The translations under genes and the position numbers were made by a program. Under the pieces are notes generated by a model that had not been told where the DNA came from, ran no database searches, and saw nothing but the letters and a program-made list of their open reading frames with translations. Of a stretch of 64,000 nucleotides of DNA, positions 11,171 to 24,658 are shown piece after piece. This stretch comes from Octopus sinensis (taxonomy: Eukaryota): positions 73,966,001-74,030,000 of the forward strand of contig NC_043006.1 of NCBI RefSeq assembly GCF_006345805.1, given 5' to 3'. The number at the start of each line of letters is the position of its first letter. Position 1 is the stretch's first letter.

Positions 11171-12554
11171 TATACATACAGACAGATAAGGGGAGAGATA
11201 CAATTCTTTCTGACTTTTGTATTGAAATTTCTAATACAATATAAGGAAATTAAGTGTTATTTTTATTTTAGAATGACATGATATAAGATTAAATTACATA
11301 TGTAACAACATACTGGAAATTTACTTCACAAGACAGCAGGAAATAAATATGCTTATTGCATTAATTTGGACCTAATAAGTTCACATTGTATTACGGTTTA
11401 TCAAAAATATACTTGAGAAACGGAATTTCTGCTTCAATGTTTAAATTTCTCGCTGATATATTATTAATAAACTACGATCGTTTGGTCTCCCTCTCTTACA
11501 TCATCACTCTTATAAATCTACTCAGACATTCTCGGAACTTGTCATGTTCTTGGTGCCATGACTTTCTTCGTGAGCAAATTTTTTACACTGGTTATTGAGG
11601 GTCTTGATTTCTCCCCTTAGGTGTTGAATCTCTTTTCTGTTCAAGAGCAATCTTTCGGCAAATTGAATGTGTTAGTTACACGTGCAGTCACATTTTGGTC
11701 AGTAGTACGTGCTAACGTGTAATTTAATATTTTGCTGAGGTCTTAGTCTAGTTGCTGCCATTCGATACGATATTTAGCTAGGTGGGATTGACTCACTGGG
11801 GCAGTATTGGGTCTGTCGTCCATCCTGAGGACTTGGCGTTATACAGGCGCTGAGAAAGTTCCAGTTCTGCGGAATGATTCTTTCCTAGAAATACGTTTTC
11901 ATTGTTAACCATTATGTAAGCGCAAGACAGAAGGTGTTTTGATAATGACATTTGTTTTTTTATTGTTAATGCTGTTTACTGCTGTTTATAGCTTATGAAG
12001 TAGACACCATCAACTGTATTCCAACCGTAGGTCTCTCCGAGCTATGCTCCACGTAATCTCAAATTGAGTATTATTGTCCTTTAATTGGCACACCTTTTCC
12101 GCGAAGGATGCGATGGTAGCTTTATGACGCTGTTTAAAGGACAAGAAGTGCCTATACAATCTTGATTTGAAGTCACATAAGGACGTCCTATGTAGGTAAA
12201 AGTGTTAGCATAAGTTTTTATTCTACATTTTTGAACGATATTATTAGTTAGACAGGACCCTTTAAGCGGAAATTACTTCGGTTCAGACAGTTGCATTTTT
12301 GGAGGCATTCCGTTACTAATCGTTTCATGACTCTTATTAGTATTATCATTGGTATTGTTATCATTCTTACACTGTCAGATTCATCATCATTATTATTACT
12401 ATTATTATTAACATTATTATCATTATTACAGCTCGGTGACAAATTAATAACAGGAGTTTGGTTTAAAGATTCGGTACAATTGCCATGGTAGATAATGCTA
12501 TTTCCCACAAAGGCAGGGGGGGGGGCATTACTTAACGAGATAAATTGATGCACT

Positions 12555-12930
12555 CGATAATGTTCGGCCACATACAGCGAGGATGACATTACAAAAGCTG
12601 CAGCAGCTTGAATGGGAAACGATGCGCCACGCACCATATTCCCGGGATATTGCCCCATCTGATTATCCTTTATTCCGTAGTCTTCTAAATCATTTGGACG
12701 GAAAAAAAAAAATGAAATCTCTAGACGAGGTCAGAAAAGTGGTGGAGGAGTATTTTTCATCACAGACAAGGGAACTTTGGAGGAAGGGCATTGCAAGTCT
12801 GCGAGATAGATGGAAGAGCATTGTAGAAAATGAAGGAGAATATATTTTAGATTAAAAAAGAACTTTGTCTTAATTTTGAAAAAGAAAAGAAATATAAATA
12901 AAACCGCATTATATATGGGATGACCCAATA
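12555..12930 (+). mobile_element. mariner transposon 3' relic (transposase C-terminus + right TIR)
   Basis: DNVRPHTARMTLQKLQQLEWETMRHAPYSRDIAPSDYPLFRSL...RWKSIVENEGEYILD* (degenerate YSPDLAPSD motif); TIR AAACCGCATTATATATGGGATGACCCAATA followed by TA. Confidence 0.9.
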
Positions 12931-13852
12931 TAATGTGTGAGAGAGATACAACAAGAGAGACTGCGGTGGTGGTGGTTATGGTGGGTGTATTGGAGATGGA
13001 CAGAAGAAAAGCGAAGAGAGAGGTAGCGAGAGGGGGCAAGGAAAGAAAGAGAAAGAGAGGGAGGGAGAGGAGAGAGAGAGAAGAGGTTGTGGGTGATATT
13101 TTTAACTAAGTTTTTTAGTTTTACAGTTTTTGATATCTGAAAATCCGATAAAGAATTTAATTGTTCGTAGTTTGAGAATGGTAGTTCAACATTTTACATC
13201 GATATGGTATATAAGTCCTTCGGTTACTATATTGACTTTTTCATCGTTTTATTTCAGACTACACAAAAGAATTGTAGAAAATATACACTTATTGTCTTTC
13301 TTGAGGCTTAGAATTTCATCTTATGCTGCAGAATATTAAAAACATACTTGATGCCACGAAATTCGTTCTTCAGTATTTTTATGTCATGACTTGAAAATAT
13401 TTTGTTTTAAAAAGTTAACGATAAGCCTGTGGTTATTTAAATTGTTATCGTTTAAATATTCATTTTATTTTTTTCTCTTACGTAAAAAGAAATATGAATA
13501 TATTATATCATATTATCATATAGAATTACATATGCTAAACACGTATACATGCAAACACATATAAGTATGTAAATACGTGCATACATAAACAAAAGTGTTT
13601 CTGCATGTATACGAGCACAAATCGTAGATTGTATACTTGCACGCGGAAGCGAAATTCTAAAATTTAACAAAAGATGGATATACTGAAAAGATATCTATTC
13701 ACACATACAATACTTGATTCACAGGGAAATAGTGAATGCTGAAAGCCTGCTTAGACTATAATAGAATCGGTTAACACGCTAAGAAATTATGAAAGCAAAA
13801 TATTGCTAATACTCCATGTAAGAGGCTTAACTTGACTGATACACAGTCATAT

Positions 13853-14176
13853 AGGAGCACTCCGTCGGTTACAACGACCAGGGTCCCAGCTGATACGATC
13901 AACGGAACAGCTTGCTCGCGAAATTGACGAGCAAGTGACTGAGGAATCCACAGACACGTGTACCCTTAACGTAGTTCTCAGGGAGATTCAGCGTGACAGA
14001 GGGTGTGGCAAAGCCGGCCCTTTGAAATACAGGTACTACTCATTTTTGCCAGCTGAGTGGACTGGAGCATCGTGAAATAAAGTGTTTTGCTCAAGGACAC
14101 AACGCGTCGCCGGGAATTGAATTCGCGACCTTACAATCGTGAGCCGAATGCCCCTAACCCCTAAGCCACGTGCCTT
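13853..14176 (-). mobile_element. tRNA-derived SINE, group A (head 2 + tail 1)
   Basis: Reverse strand has a GGCTTAG..GTTAGGG head, a CCTTGAGCAAAACACTT core-like block, then the same tail as the SINE at 262-441. Confidence 0.85.
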
Positions 14177-14659
14177 TATGTTACATACCTTCACAATCAC
14201 ATACCCTCCCTCCACACACACGTATTCATGTGTGTGTGTGTGTGTGTTAATTTTTGTTTTTATGTTTAGTTATTACTAAAAGAATTTTACACTGATCTAA
14301 TGGGTTACCCTGTACTTTTGTTGAGTACAAATTTATCCTTAAACGAGATTATTGTTGGTAGTGATTTCGAAGGGCAGTTACGTGATCGTTAAACTGCAGA
14401 CCGACGATGGCTTAACTGGTCGAAACGTTGAAGTCACTGTCAACAATATTCTTGTTTCAGTACACACACAAAAATTGGGATTACTATAATGATTTGTGAT
14501 GACAGTGTACTCTGAAAAACAAAACAGTGACTTCAATAACATATTAATATAGAATTAGTATAACAATGCATCAATGTTGTATCGGTATGCAGCGTATTTT
14601 AAACAATAAATCCTTTATGAAATAGGTATTAAACACATGTTTATGAAAAAAACTTTAAC

Positions 14660-15038
14660 ATCGGGATTCCATCATTTTAGATATATTAGGAGAGGGCGTC
14701 ACCACATTGTGCTAAAGATTCCACCGTTGCCACCAAAATTCAAGAACATACACTGACATTTTTAGAGATTCAAGGGCTCACGGGTTTTCAAAATTCTCCC
14801 GAAAGCCTCGAGAGATCTAAATGGGGCGGATGTACATGTTTTGAAAGTGAGACAGGATCTTATACTGTCAAAAGTTTCGGATGAGCTAAATTCAGCCAGG
14901 AAAATCAAACAAGGACAACATCAAAGTGTCTCATTTACTAAGAGACAACTATAAGAGGGGGATTAATGAAAATGTAGCAAAGCCAAAGACGATGGTCAAC
15001 CGTGGCCAGAGCTCACGAGCTGAAACAAATAAGAGTAA
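14660..15038 (+). mobile_element. old CR1-like LINE 3' fragment
   Basis: GRHHIVLKIPPLPPKFKNIH*HF*RFKGSRVFKILPKASRDLNGADVHVLKVRQDLILSKVSDEL resembles the C-terminus of the LINE at 37955; ends CGTGGCCAGAGCTCACGAGCTGAAACA. Confidence 0.7.
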
Positions 15039-15076
15039 ATGAGTAACAAAGTATTGAACTTTATATTGAATATAAC

Positions 15077-15681
15077 GATTATTCTTTTCTACTCTAGGCA
15101 CAAAGCCCGAAATTATTTTTTGTGGGGGAGGGGCCAGTCGACTAGATCGACCCGAGTACGCAACTGGTACTTAATTTATCGATCCCGAAAGGATGAAATG
15201 CAACGTCGACCTTGGCGGAATTTGAACGCAGAACGTAATGGCAGACGAAATACCGCTAAACATTTCGCCCGGCGTGCTAACGTTTCTTATTTCGTTACTG
15301 CCCACATATAGAGGGGAAACACAAGGACAGACAAAGGGATTAAGTCGATTACATCGACCCCAGTGCATAACTGGTTCTTAATTTATCGACCCCGAAAGGA
15401 AGAAAGGCAAAGTCGACCTCGGCGGAATTTTAACTCAGAACGTAAAGACAGACGAAATACCTATTTCTTTACTACCCACAAGGGGCTAAACACAGAGAGG
15501 ACAAACAAGGACAGACAAACGGATTAAGTCGATCATATCGACACCAGTGCGTAACTGGTATTTATTTAATCGACCCCGAAAGGATGAAAGGCAAAATCGA
15601 CCTCGGCGGAATTTGAACTCAGACGAAACACCGCTAAGCATTTCGCCCGGCGTGCTAACGTTTCTGCCAGCTCGCCGCCTT
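15077..15681 (-). mobile_element. SINE group C concatemer (three units)
   Basis: Head at 15681-15620, tail-to-body junction near 15452-15470, second partial head near 15250-15290, last unit with the alternative tail. Confidence 0.9.
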
Positions 15682-16470
15682 GAATAAAACGATTATTAAG
15701 AAGCGTAACGTAGCAGTTGTTTCCTATAACTCGAACAATATTTCTTCCTCGACCTAAAAGAAACCAACAAGTATCATAATCGTATTCCACTCAAGGGCAT
15801 TAGAATTAATTGTATTTATTTTAATTATTCAATTGTATTCATAATATTTTCCATGTTATTATCCAAGCCAGCAGTTACTGTTGCTTTTAAGATCGGTTAC
15901 TGCACCTGAATATATAAAACACTTTCTTGCATGAATGCCATAGATCTCATGATTCGTTAATGACTTGGGAATATTGTCAGATGACACTGGATAGTGTCGA
16001 AGATTATCATAGCAATTGGATATGCATTTGATTTCTTCTTTCATTCATTATTCATTATGGTTTTCTGAAAACTCGCTGCAAACATCAGTAGGTCCCTAAT
16101 ATATTCTCTTTGTAATGAATATATAACTTCTGGTTAGTCGGTTCAGATATTCAAATTTTACGAGGTACTGCGACAAAACGTCTTATGCCAAATGTATATA
16201 TATACATGTGTGTGTGCGCGTAGTGCATGTGTGCGTCTCTGAGTGTTTATATATATATCTATATATGTATATCTATCTACACACACACACATATATATGT
16301 ATATTATATATATATGTATATGTATCTACAGACACACACATATATATATATGTATATATATATATGTATATGTATCTACACACACACATATATATGTATA
16401 TATATATATATGTATATGTATCTACACACACACACATATATATATGTATATGTATCTACACACATATATG

Positions 16471-16506
<36 letters not shown>

Positions 16507-16542
16507 TGTATCTACACACATACACATATATATGTATATATA

Positions 16543-16855
16543 CCAATTAAGGACTGAACACGAAAAGTGGACAGTCAACAGGCTAGATATAGACGTCAAA
16601 TCGCCATTCTCCAGCAGATTGTGTTTATAACAGACCATGCTGACGAGATTACAGTTTATCCTTGCGGATAATAATAATCTAAACTGCTTCAGTACATGGG
16701 TAATTATTTTATTTCGTATATTTTCATTTGTCTTGTTGAATGCTTTGGTTTTATGCCGAGTTTTATTTGAGAACATACTCTTTGTGGAGAATGACGATTT
16801 GACGTCTATATCTAGCATGTTGACTGTCCACTTTACGTGTTCAGTCCTTAATTGG
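16543..16855. mobile_element. MITE, Tc1/mariner-type (TA TSD), 71-bp TIRs
   Basis: 16543-16613 is the reverse complement of 16785-16855 with few mismatches; TA on both sides. Confidence 0.85.
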
Positions 16856-16857
16856 TA

Positions 16858-16950
16858 TATAAAAATATTTTAATCTTCGGATTCTTTTTAATATGTTAGA
16901 CCACTGGTTTTAATTGACTAATATCAATTTCTACCCTTAATTAATTTTAT
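16858..16950 (-). repeat. AT-rich dispersed repeat associated with (TA)n; opposite-strand copy at 18597-18715
   Basis: AAGGGTAGAAATTGATATTAGTCAATTAAAACCAGTGG...AATCCGAAGATTAAAATATTTT shared; a related sequence abuts the PLE relic at 57829-57905. Strand is arbitrary. Confidence 0.65.
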
Positions 16951-17088
16951 ATATGTATATATATATATATGTATCTACACACACACACATATATATGTAT
17001 ATATATATATATATATATGTATATGTATCTACACACACACATATATATGTATATGTATATGTATCTACACACACACACACACACACAC

Positions 17089-17127
<39 letters not shown>

Positions 17128-17128
17128 C

Positions 17129-17243
17129 CATCAACAATCAAGGAACGGCTGTTTACGGAATTAATCTTTATTTGCGGTTGAAGCTTTGGCTGTTATTTCT
17201 AGTGGGTGAATGGCCTATCATGGCCGTTCCTTGATTGTTGATG
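17129..17243. repeat. inverted repeat, perfect 21-bp arms, 73-nt spacer
   Basis: CATCAACAATCAAGGAACGGC (17129-17149) and GCCGTTCCTTGATTGTTGATG (17223-17243). Confidence 0.85.
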
Positions 17244-17419
17244 TTGATGTTGAACTTAAAAATGGTCTATGACTATTTAATTTTTTCCCACTAGGCCGCT
17301 GGTGGCAAAAAGAATTCTACAAAATTTTTTCTGCCACCCTATATTGATTAATATATATATATATATATATATATAATGAGTATAATTATAATTAGGGTTC
17401 AGCAAAAAATGTGCTTAAC

Positions 17420-17841
17420 CACATACCGAACTTTAGAATAGCAGCCCAAAAACTTAGGCATTTCTTCTACTGTAAGAAGCAACTTCCAGACAACATATAC
17501 TCAAAACAACCTACATTGGCATAGTTACGCACTGGGGTTAGTATAATCGACTTAATACGTTTGTCTGTCCTTGTTTGTCCTCTCTGTGTTTAGACCCTTG
17601 TGGGTAGTAAACAAATAGGTGTTTCGTCTGCCGCTACGTTCTGAGTTCAAATTCCGCCGAGGTCGACTTTGCCTTTCATCCTTTCGGAGTTGATTAAATA
17701 AGTACCAGTTACGCACTGGGGTCGATATAATCGACTCTATGCCTACGTAGGTTGTTTTGAGTTAATGTTGTCTGGGAGTTGCTTCTTATAGTAGAAGAAA
17801 TAGCGAAGTTTTTGGCTGATATTTCTGAAGTTCGGTATGTG
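17420..17841. mobile_element. foldback structure: 105-bp inverted arms enclosing a permuted SINE-C unit
   Basis: 17420-17524 matches the reverse complement of 17737-17841 at roughly 85% by eye; the 212-bp insert starts and ends in TTACGCACTGGGG. Confidence 0.8.
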
Positions 17842-17890
17842 ACGGAATTATTAATTACTAATTAATTAATTTTACCCTTTATTATTATTG

Positions 17891-18153
<263 letters not shown>

Positions 18154-18460
18154 CTGGCCAAAAGTCAGCCGACAGTAAATCAAAATTCCATAAATAGTAT
18201 CTGTAATTCTGTATTGGATCGAATGGGGAAATGTGTGGCTCAAGAAGGACTTCACTTTGAACAATTTTCATGATGTTTCACATTTAGATACTTTTATTAA
18301 ATTCATTCAGTTGTTAAACATAAACAAATCTTGGAATTAAATGGTTTTGATGTACTGTCAGGTGACTTGTGTCCAACCCTATACATACATACACACACAC
18401 ACACAACACACACACACACACACACCACACACACACACCACACACACATATATATATATA

Positions 18461-18566
18461 TCATCAACTTTAAACGGAGTCTGGATAGAATACCAGATAA
18501 GCCACCCATAATTGGATACAACTCACCCAACAAGAACTCACTACTTGAACAAAACTTGACTTAAAC
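18461..18566 (+). mobile_element. short fragment of the same CR1-like LINE family as 37955-39450
   Basis: Near-identical to 39244-39372 apart from two internal deletions. Confidence 0.85.
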
Positions 18567-19374
18567 AAAAGTTATATATATATATATATATATATATTGA
18601 TGTATAAAATTTAATAAGGGAAGAAATTGATATTAATCAATTAAAACCAGTGGCCCTAACATATTAAAAAAATCCGAAGATTAAAATATTTTTACATACA
18701 AAATTTAAAGGACATTATATATATATATATATATATCTTATTATAATATATATATATAATGTTTGTGTATATTTTGAAAACGGTTTAAAATAGTTTTGTA
18801 CAGCGTCTTAGAAATAGCCACATGCCGCTACCTAGTGAAATTTGAATATCTGATGCAAATAAACCACCTCATCAGTGGCTGCCTATCCCACGCAAAGAGA
18901 ACATATCAAGGACCTACTGATGTTTGCTGGAATTTCTTAATCATTCGACCATGCTCCATCTTTTTACTTGTTTCTATCACTGAACTGCGACTACTCTGGA
19001 GGACAGTCCTGTAGGACAATCACACAAATAAACTCCGTTGCTTAGATTAAGTCTGACCAATTATTCTCTGAGAGTCTTTTCGTGGACGACGCCGAATGCA
19101 CAACAACATACTGTCAAACGTTGGAAAATCTAACACAAATGCAATGACACACACACACACAATGCATCTCTATCTCTCTCACCCCTTCCCCACACAGACA
19201 AAGGTAGGCACATGTACGCATGTTCTTATATACAACAGATTTCTACACACTTTCTGTCTTAAATTATCGCTTATTGGCTGAAGTATCTTTCGCTGAACGC
19301 TAAGTTTCGGGGTCGTTAACATACCAACAGCGATTATCAAGCGGTGGGGAGGTCACACACAAACACAGATACAG

Positions 19375-19406
<32 letters not shown>

Positions 19407-19439
19407 GCACGCGCGCACACACACACATATGGGGGTGTA

Positions 19440-19693
19440 CAACAGGCTTCTTTTAATTTCCTATTCCTTTATTGCCCACAATGGGCTAAACATATATGGG
19501 ACAAACATGGACAGACAAAGGGATTATGTCGATTTCATCGACTCCAGTGCGTAACTGGTACTTAATTTTTCGGCCCCGAAAGGATGTAAAGGCAAAGTCG
19601 ACCTTGGCGGAATTGGAACTCAGAACGTAGCGGCAGACGAAATACCGCTAAGCATTTTGCCCGGCGCACTGACGTTTCTGCCAGCTCGCCGCT
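19440..19693 (-). mobile_element. SINE group C monomer
   Basis: Head, central block and CCCATTGTGGGCAATAAAG tail on the reverse strand. Confidence 0.85.
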
Positions 19694-19714
19694 TTATAGT
19701 TCTTCTAGTTTCCG

Positions 19715-19868
19715 CTTCTTTTAGTCTCCGTCTACCAAATCCACTTATAAGGCTTTGGTCGACTTAGCGTTATAGTAGAAGACACTTACCCAAGGTGCCG
19801 CGCAGTGGAATTGAATACGAAACCACGTGGTTACAAAGTGATCTTCGTAACCACATAACCACGTTGCC
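19715..19868 (-). mobile_element. SINE group B, 5' half
   Basis: Matches the head and core of the 578-1005 copy. Confidence 0.8.
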
Positions 19869-21267
19869 ATACCTAATAAACGAAAAATCTTCTTTCATAA
19901 CTAGTGCCGATGTAATCCACTATAAATCCTTAAAAGCAGTACTGTGCTCCAGGAAGTCCAATGACTGACGCAATTATAACTAAAGGAAAACAGATTGAAT
20001 GGAAATATCCGAATATATATTGGCGTTGAACTGTTAAACCATAAGTAATGACATTTTAAGTGATTCTTGTTCCACCTTCGTTTGGTGTTTGTCACGTGAT
20101 CCTGGAATGAGGTATTACAATCTACAGCAGGCGTTGATTGCATTTCTCCATATATCTACGTCGATAAAGAGAGCTGTTACTTACTTTACGGTCATAAAAA
20201 AATCTAACTTCAGAATGAAAGCCACATCCTGTTTATATTGGATAGAGTATATTTTAGCAACTTCCCGAAGGAGAATGGAACAAAGTGAGGAAAGAAAAGA
20301 GCGAAAGTGTGCAGAGAAAGCGAGAAAGGGATAAAGAGAAATAGAGCGAGGGTAAAGGTGATGAATATTCTTTCTTCCGTTCTTTGTTCTATCTGTATAC
20401 ACGCTATTTCTTTTTCCTGAACAAGATATTATCTGAGAAGAAGGAAATTTCGAATGTTATGTCTCATGGACGAATTGAAACTTAATTCTTGCTAATTTAT
20501 CCACTATAAGCTGCTTACATCATGCCTGTGATATACAAAACAATACGAATTTTTCATTGAAATGGAATATATTTATTACATATTGTATACACTTGGATTT
20601 CAGAGTTTTGGGTATATATCAAGGATATATTGTTGAAATTCAAAGCGTTGTTATCTTCGGATTATATAATATTGAATGGAAAATATCTGGTTTTATATGT
20701 AAGATTAATAAAAGATACAGTTCGTTGCCATTTCTTATACATTGTATATACTTCGAAAATGTGCTTTCTGTGTATTTGTTTGTGTGTATAGGAAGGTGTA
20801 TGCTTGTGCGTGTGTGTGTGTGTGCGCGCGTGCGCTTGTGTGCTTGTGTGTGTGTGTGCTTGAGAGTGTGCGCGTATATTTTACAGTTTGTATCGGCCGA
20901 AGAAGCAGACGTCACCAAGAAAACCCACTGTTTATTCAAGCGAAGTTATTTCTGGAAGTTTTTTTTTTTTTTCTGATGTAGAGAACAAAACTTTGCCATT
21001 CTTACAGAATCGGCTTCATGCTCTAGAAAAACTAGAGGATAACATAGAATGTTAAAGTTCGGAGACACCATTCCTATTCTGATCAACTTGGACAAAATTT
21101 CTGAATCCAACCACAATCACAAAATTTTAGCAGCAAATACGCCAGGGGTGTCACTCATGGAACCGAGAAGAAAGAACAGCTATGGAGTTCAACAGCGGAA
21201 ACAAATGACTCCGTGGCTTAATGACAAGTTTCGGGGTTTGGCGCGAAATATTTCAAATTATGTTAGA

Positions 21268-21553
<286 letters not shown>

Positions 21554-22116
21554 GTCCAATTTCCGGCTGGGTTCCCAAGCGTGGCCAGCTGAGACCACTA
21601 TCGATATTATCCAACTATCGTTCTTGGTCCATTCCTAAGTATCTTGTCGATCGTCTTGGCTTGAAGAATCCGTCTTGCGATTCTCTCCTACGACATTTCA
21701 ATCACATGTCCGTAATACCAGAGCTGTGATCGTATGTAAATGATGACTGAGGACTATCCCGCCTCTGATCCTCGTATTTATAGCAGGCAGAGAAAATGGG
21801 GGATGTATATATACCTATATTTTTTTTACCTGTTTGTCTTGGTGGTATCACTGATAATATGTCATCAGCTCAATTAACTGTTATTATACTACATATTGTT
21901 TATGACAAAATAATTAAATAAGAAAATTTGTCTTAAAACCTACCAGAGAAAGAAACCAGAATAACGTGTCTTTGTTGTCACAAAAAAAAAAGTGATTTAC
22001 CGAAAATGGTTGTTTACGAATTATTGTCGAAAATAGAGTATGCCGAAAAGGATTTTGTATAACATTTTACAGGAATTGCTTTACATCCTCCCCCCCCCCT
22101 GAATTGTACTATAAAG

Positions 22117-22301
22117 CAGTGCTCCGCAACCAGTATGCCGCAGCACACTGGTGTGCCACGAGACGATGCTAGGCGTGCTGCAGATAAATCTGAATATAAT
22201 TTTTCTCTTATACATTTAGCTATCTCTTTAGATCCGGTGTGCCGCCGAATTTTGAAAAGAATATAAGTGTACCGCAAGTGAAAAAATGTTGCGGAGCATT
22301 G
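22117..22301. mobile_element. hAT-type MITE, 185 bp
   Basis: TIRs CAGTGCTCCGCAAC and GTTGCGGAGCATTG; degenerate 8-bp TSD CTATAAAG / TTATGAAG. Confidence 0.8.
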
Positions 22302-22562
22302 TTATGAAGTACTGAGCGTAAAATATAGGCATTAATGGTTTGAATGATATGATGAGATTTGAGTATAAAATAGTCAATTTGGTAGTTAAACCAACTAAAA
22401 TTTAGGTTACATTTACATGAAGTAACGTCAGTTTACAATGGTTGACTGATGTTGAAAAAACATACGATGGTTTATTTGTTGTCAAGTAATTGTGAGTTAA
22501 TGCGCCGTAAGATTACTTTTAGATATGAAAAGAACAGAGAAATGCTTTCATCATTCAATTAC

Positions 22563-22960
22563 CTTTGTCTGCCCATGTAAATAGCTTCATCACTACTTTT
22601 GAATAAACTCAATATTTTCCTTCAAAAGCCATCTTAAACATTTTCCAATCAACTTATTCATGTAAAACCTTGTTGCTGAGGCACTAAAGAATATATAAAA
22701 AAAAGCAAATACTATGAATAAAACAGGTGATAACCGGAATCCTACCTGCTTAGCATTAACATGTTTATGCTAAATTCTTTCCATAAAGAAACTAGTTTTT
22801 TGAACTCAGCAATAAAATTATCATGAAGTAAACTTTATAATCTAATTTCATTATGCATGTTTTCTACGGTTTTTCTGGATACAACCTTGGTTTTCATATA
22901 CAAAAAATACTCTAACTTTACTTCAACTTTCAATAAACCGATCAAATAATTGAAAATACC
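22563..22960 (-). other. putative spliced exon pair of unknown product
   Basis: Donor CAG|GTAGGA at 22745, acceptor T-tract...CTTTAG at 22684, second donor AAG|GTAATT at 22562; splicing joins frames in phase. No homology recognised. Confidence 0.2.
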
Positions 22961-23314
22961 TCAACCATCATATATGTATATGTAACCATCGTATATATAG
23001 CAATATGTATCAGTCAGTCATTTCCACAAAATAAGTATGTATTGAAATGTCATGTAATATTTTATAAAAACGACTAGATTTATTTGTGGAGAAATAAAAG
23101 TGTGTCTGTAAGCATTTAAGTTAAACTAAACTACATGTGTACATTTAACAGCTACGCACAATCACACACTTATTTATACATATGAATATATGTTTACACA
23201 CATGCGTATACACACGTATACACAAAAACACGCATATATATGTATATACACACACAAACACATTCATATACAAAAATGTTTTTGTGCATGTATATAAGCC
23301 TTTATATGTACATA

Positions 23315-23357
<43 letters not shown>

Positions 23358-23994
23358 GCATATTCCACCACCCACCCACAAATGTGTATGCAAAAAGGCA
23401 TATAAACACAAATAGGCCTTATGAGTATATTAATATTGAATACAAAATACAGAGTATGGAATAAAGAGAATAAAACTTTGATGCGTTATGCAATAGTTTC
23501 ACCCTGACAGCTGTTTCCGGCGAACAATGTCTTATGCCTTAACACACAAGTCCATATTATAATAAACACTGATAATATCGTAGGCACAAAATAACGCAAA
23601 TTCATATGGATCCGTTAGTCAAGATCATGGCACCCTCGTCGGAAGAATATATACACTATACATACACTATCTCTTTCTCTCTCTCTCCCTTTCTCTCTCT
23701 CTCTCTCTGTCTTACACATAAACACACAAACACACACACACCCTCCTTTACAAACACTAAATGGCCTCAAGGCAATATTGATTATGTCATCGATACGAGC
23801 GAGATTAGTAATATCCAATCAAACAGCTACTCTGACAACGAGTTTAGCCTCTATGGAAGTTCAGGCTGAAAAATAGATAGCAAATGCAGGCTGAGGGCTA
23901 TTCTTTGCATATTTTGGCACAAGGCCAGCAATTTCGGGGGAAGGGTTCAGTCGATTACATCGACCCCCAATGCTCGATTGGTTCGTTTTTTATA

Positions 23995-24126
23995 TATGTG
24001 TATATATATATGTATACATATGTATGCATGTATGTATGTATGTATGTATGTATGTATGTATGTATGTATGTATGTATGTATGTATGTGTGTGTGTGTGTG
24101 TGTATGTGTGTGTGTGTGTGTGTGTA
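23995..24126. repeat. (TATG)n/(TG)n microsatellite
   Basis: Seen directly. Confidence 0.95.
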
Positions 24127-24623
24127 TAAACCTATATGCAGACACTAATGATACCTAGATATCGATAACTGTAGGGAGTTAAGTTTGAAGTTAATTGTTT
24201 ATAGATTTTTGCAGGTAACGGAAACAAAACAGAAAAAAATTATAAGCATTTCAATTTTTAACTCTTCCGTCAATATGTGTGTGTGTCGGTGTATACACAC
24301 ACACATACACACACACACACACAGATGTATATATATATATATATATACATAAAATATATACATACATACACATACATGCTTAATACAAACGCAGGCATAT
24401 GTACACACCCGTACAGTTACACACACAGTGACATAGACACATATGTGCATAATACATACAAATATATATGTACACACACATATATGTATGTAGGTTTGTA
24501 TTTATGAATATGTGTATGTATGTATCGTAGCTTGATAAAAATAAACACATTTGTATTGTATATATGTATACACAAACGTGTATCTATCTATCTATCTCTC
24601 TATATATACACACATAAGCTTGA

Positions 24624-24651
<28 letters not shown>

Positions 24652-24658
<7 letters not shown>

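Larger units (their letters stand above)
16195..17125. repeat. compound TA/CA minisatellite (TATATATGTATATGTATCTACACACACACA)n interrupted by insertions
   Basis: The same unit lies on both sides (16195-16540 and 16950-17125) of a MITE and an AT-rich repeat. Confidence 0.85.

Noticed and set aside
11825-11862. CTGAGGA-stem-GAAA hammerhead-like string
   Set aside because: No stem I pairing and no credible helix III or cleavage context.
20982-21055. Candidate terminal exon NKTLPFLQNRLHALEKLEDNIEC* after a T-tract acceptor
   Set aside because: Short, no recognised homology and no partner exon; expected by chance.
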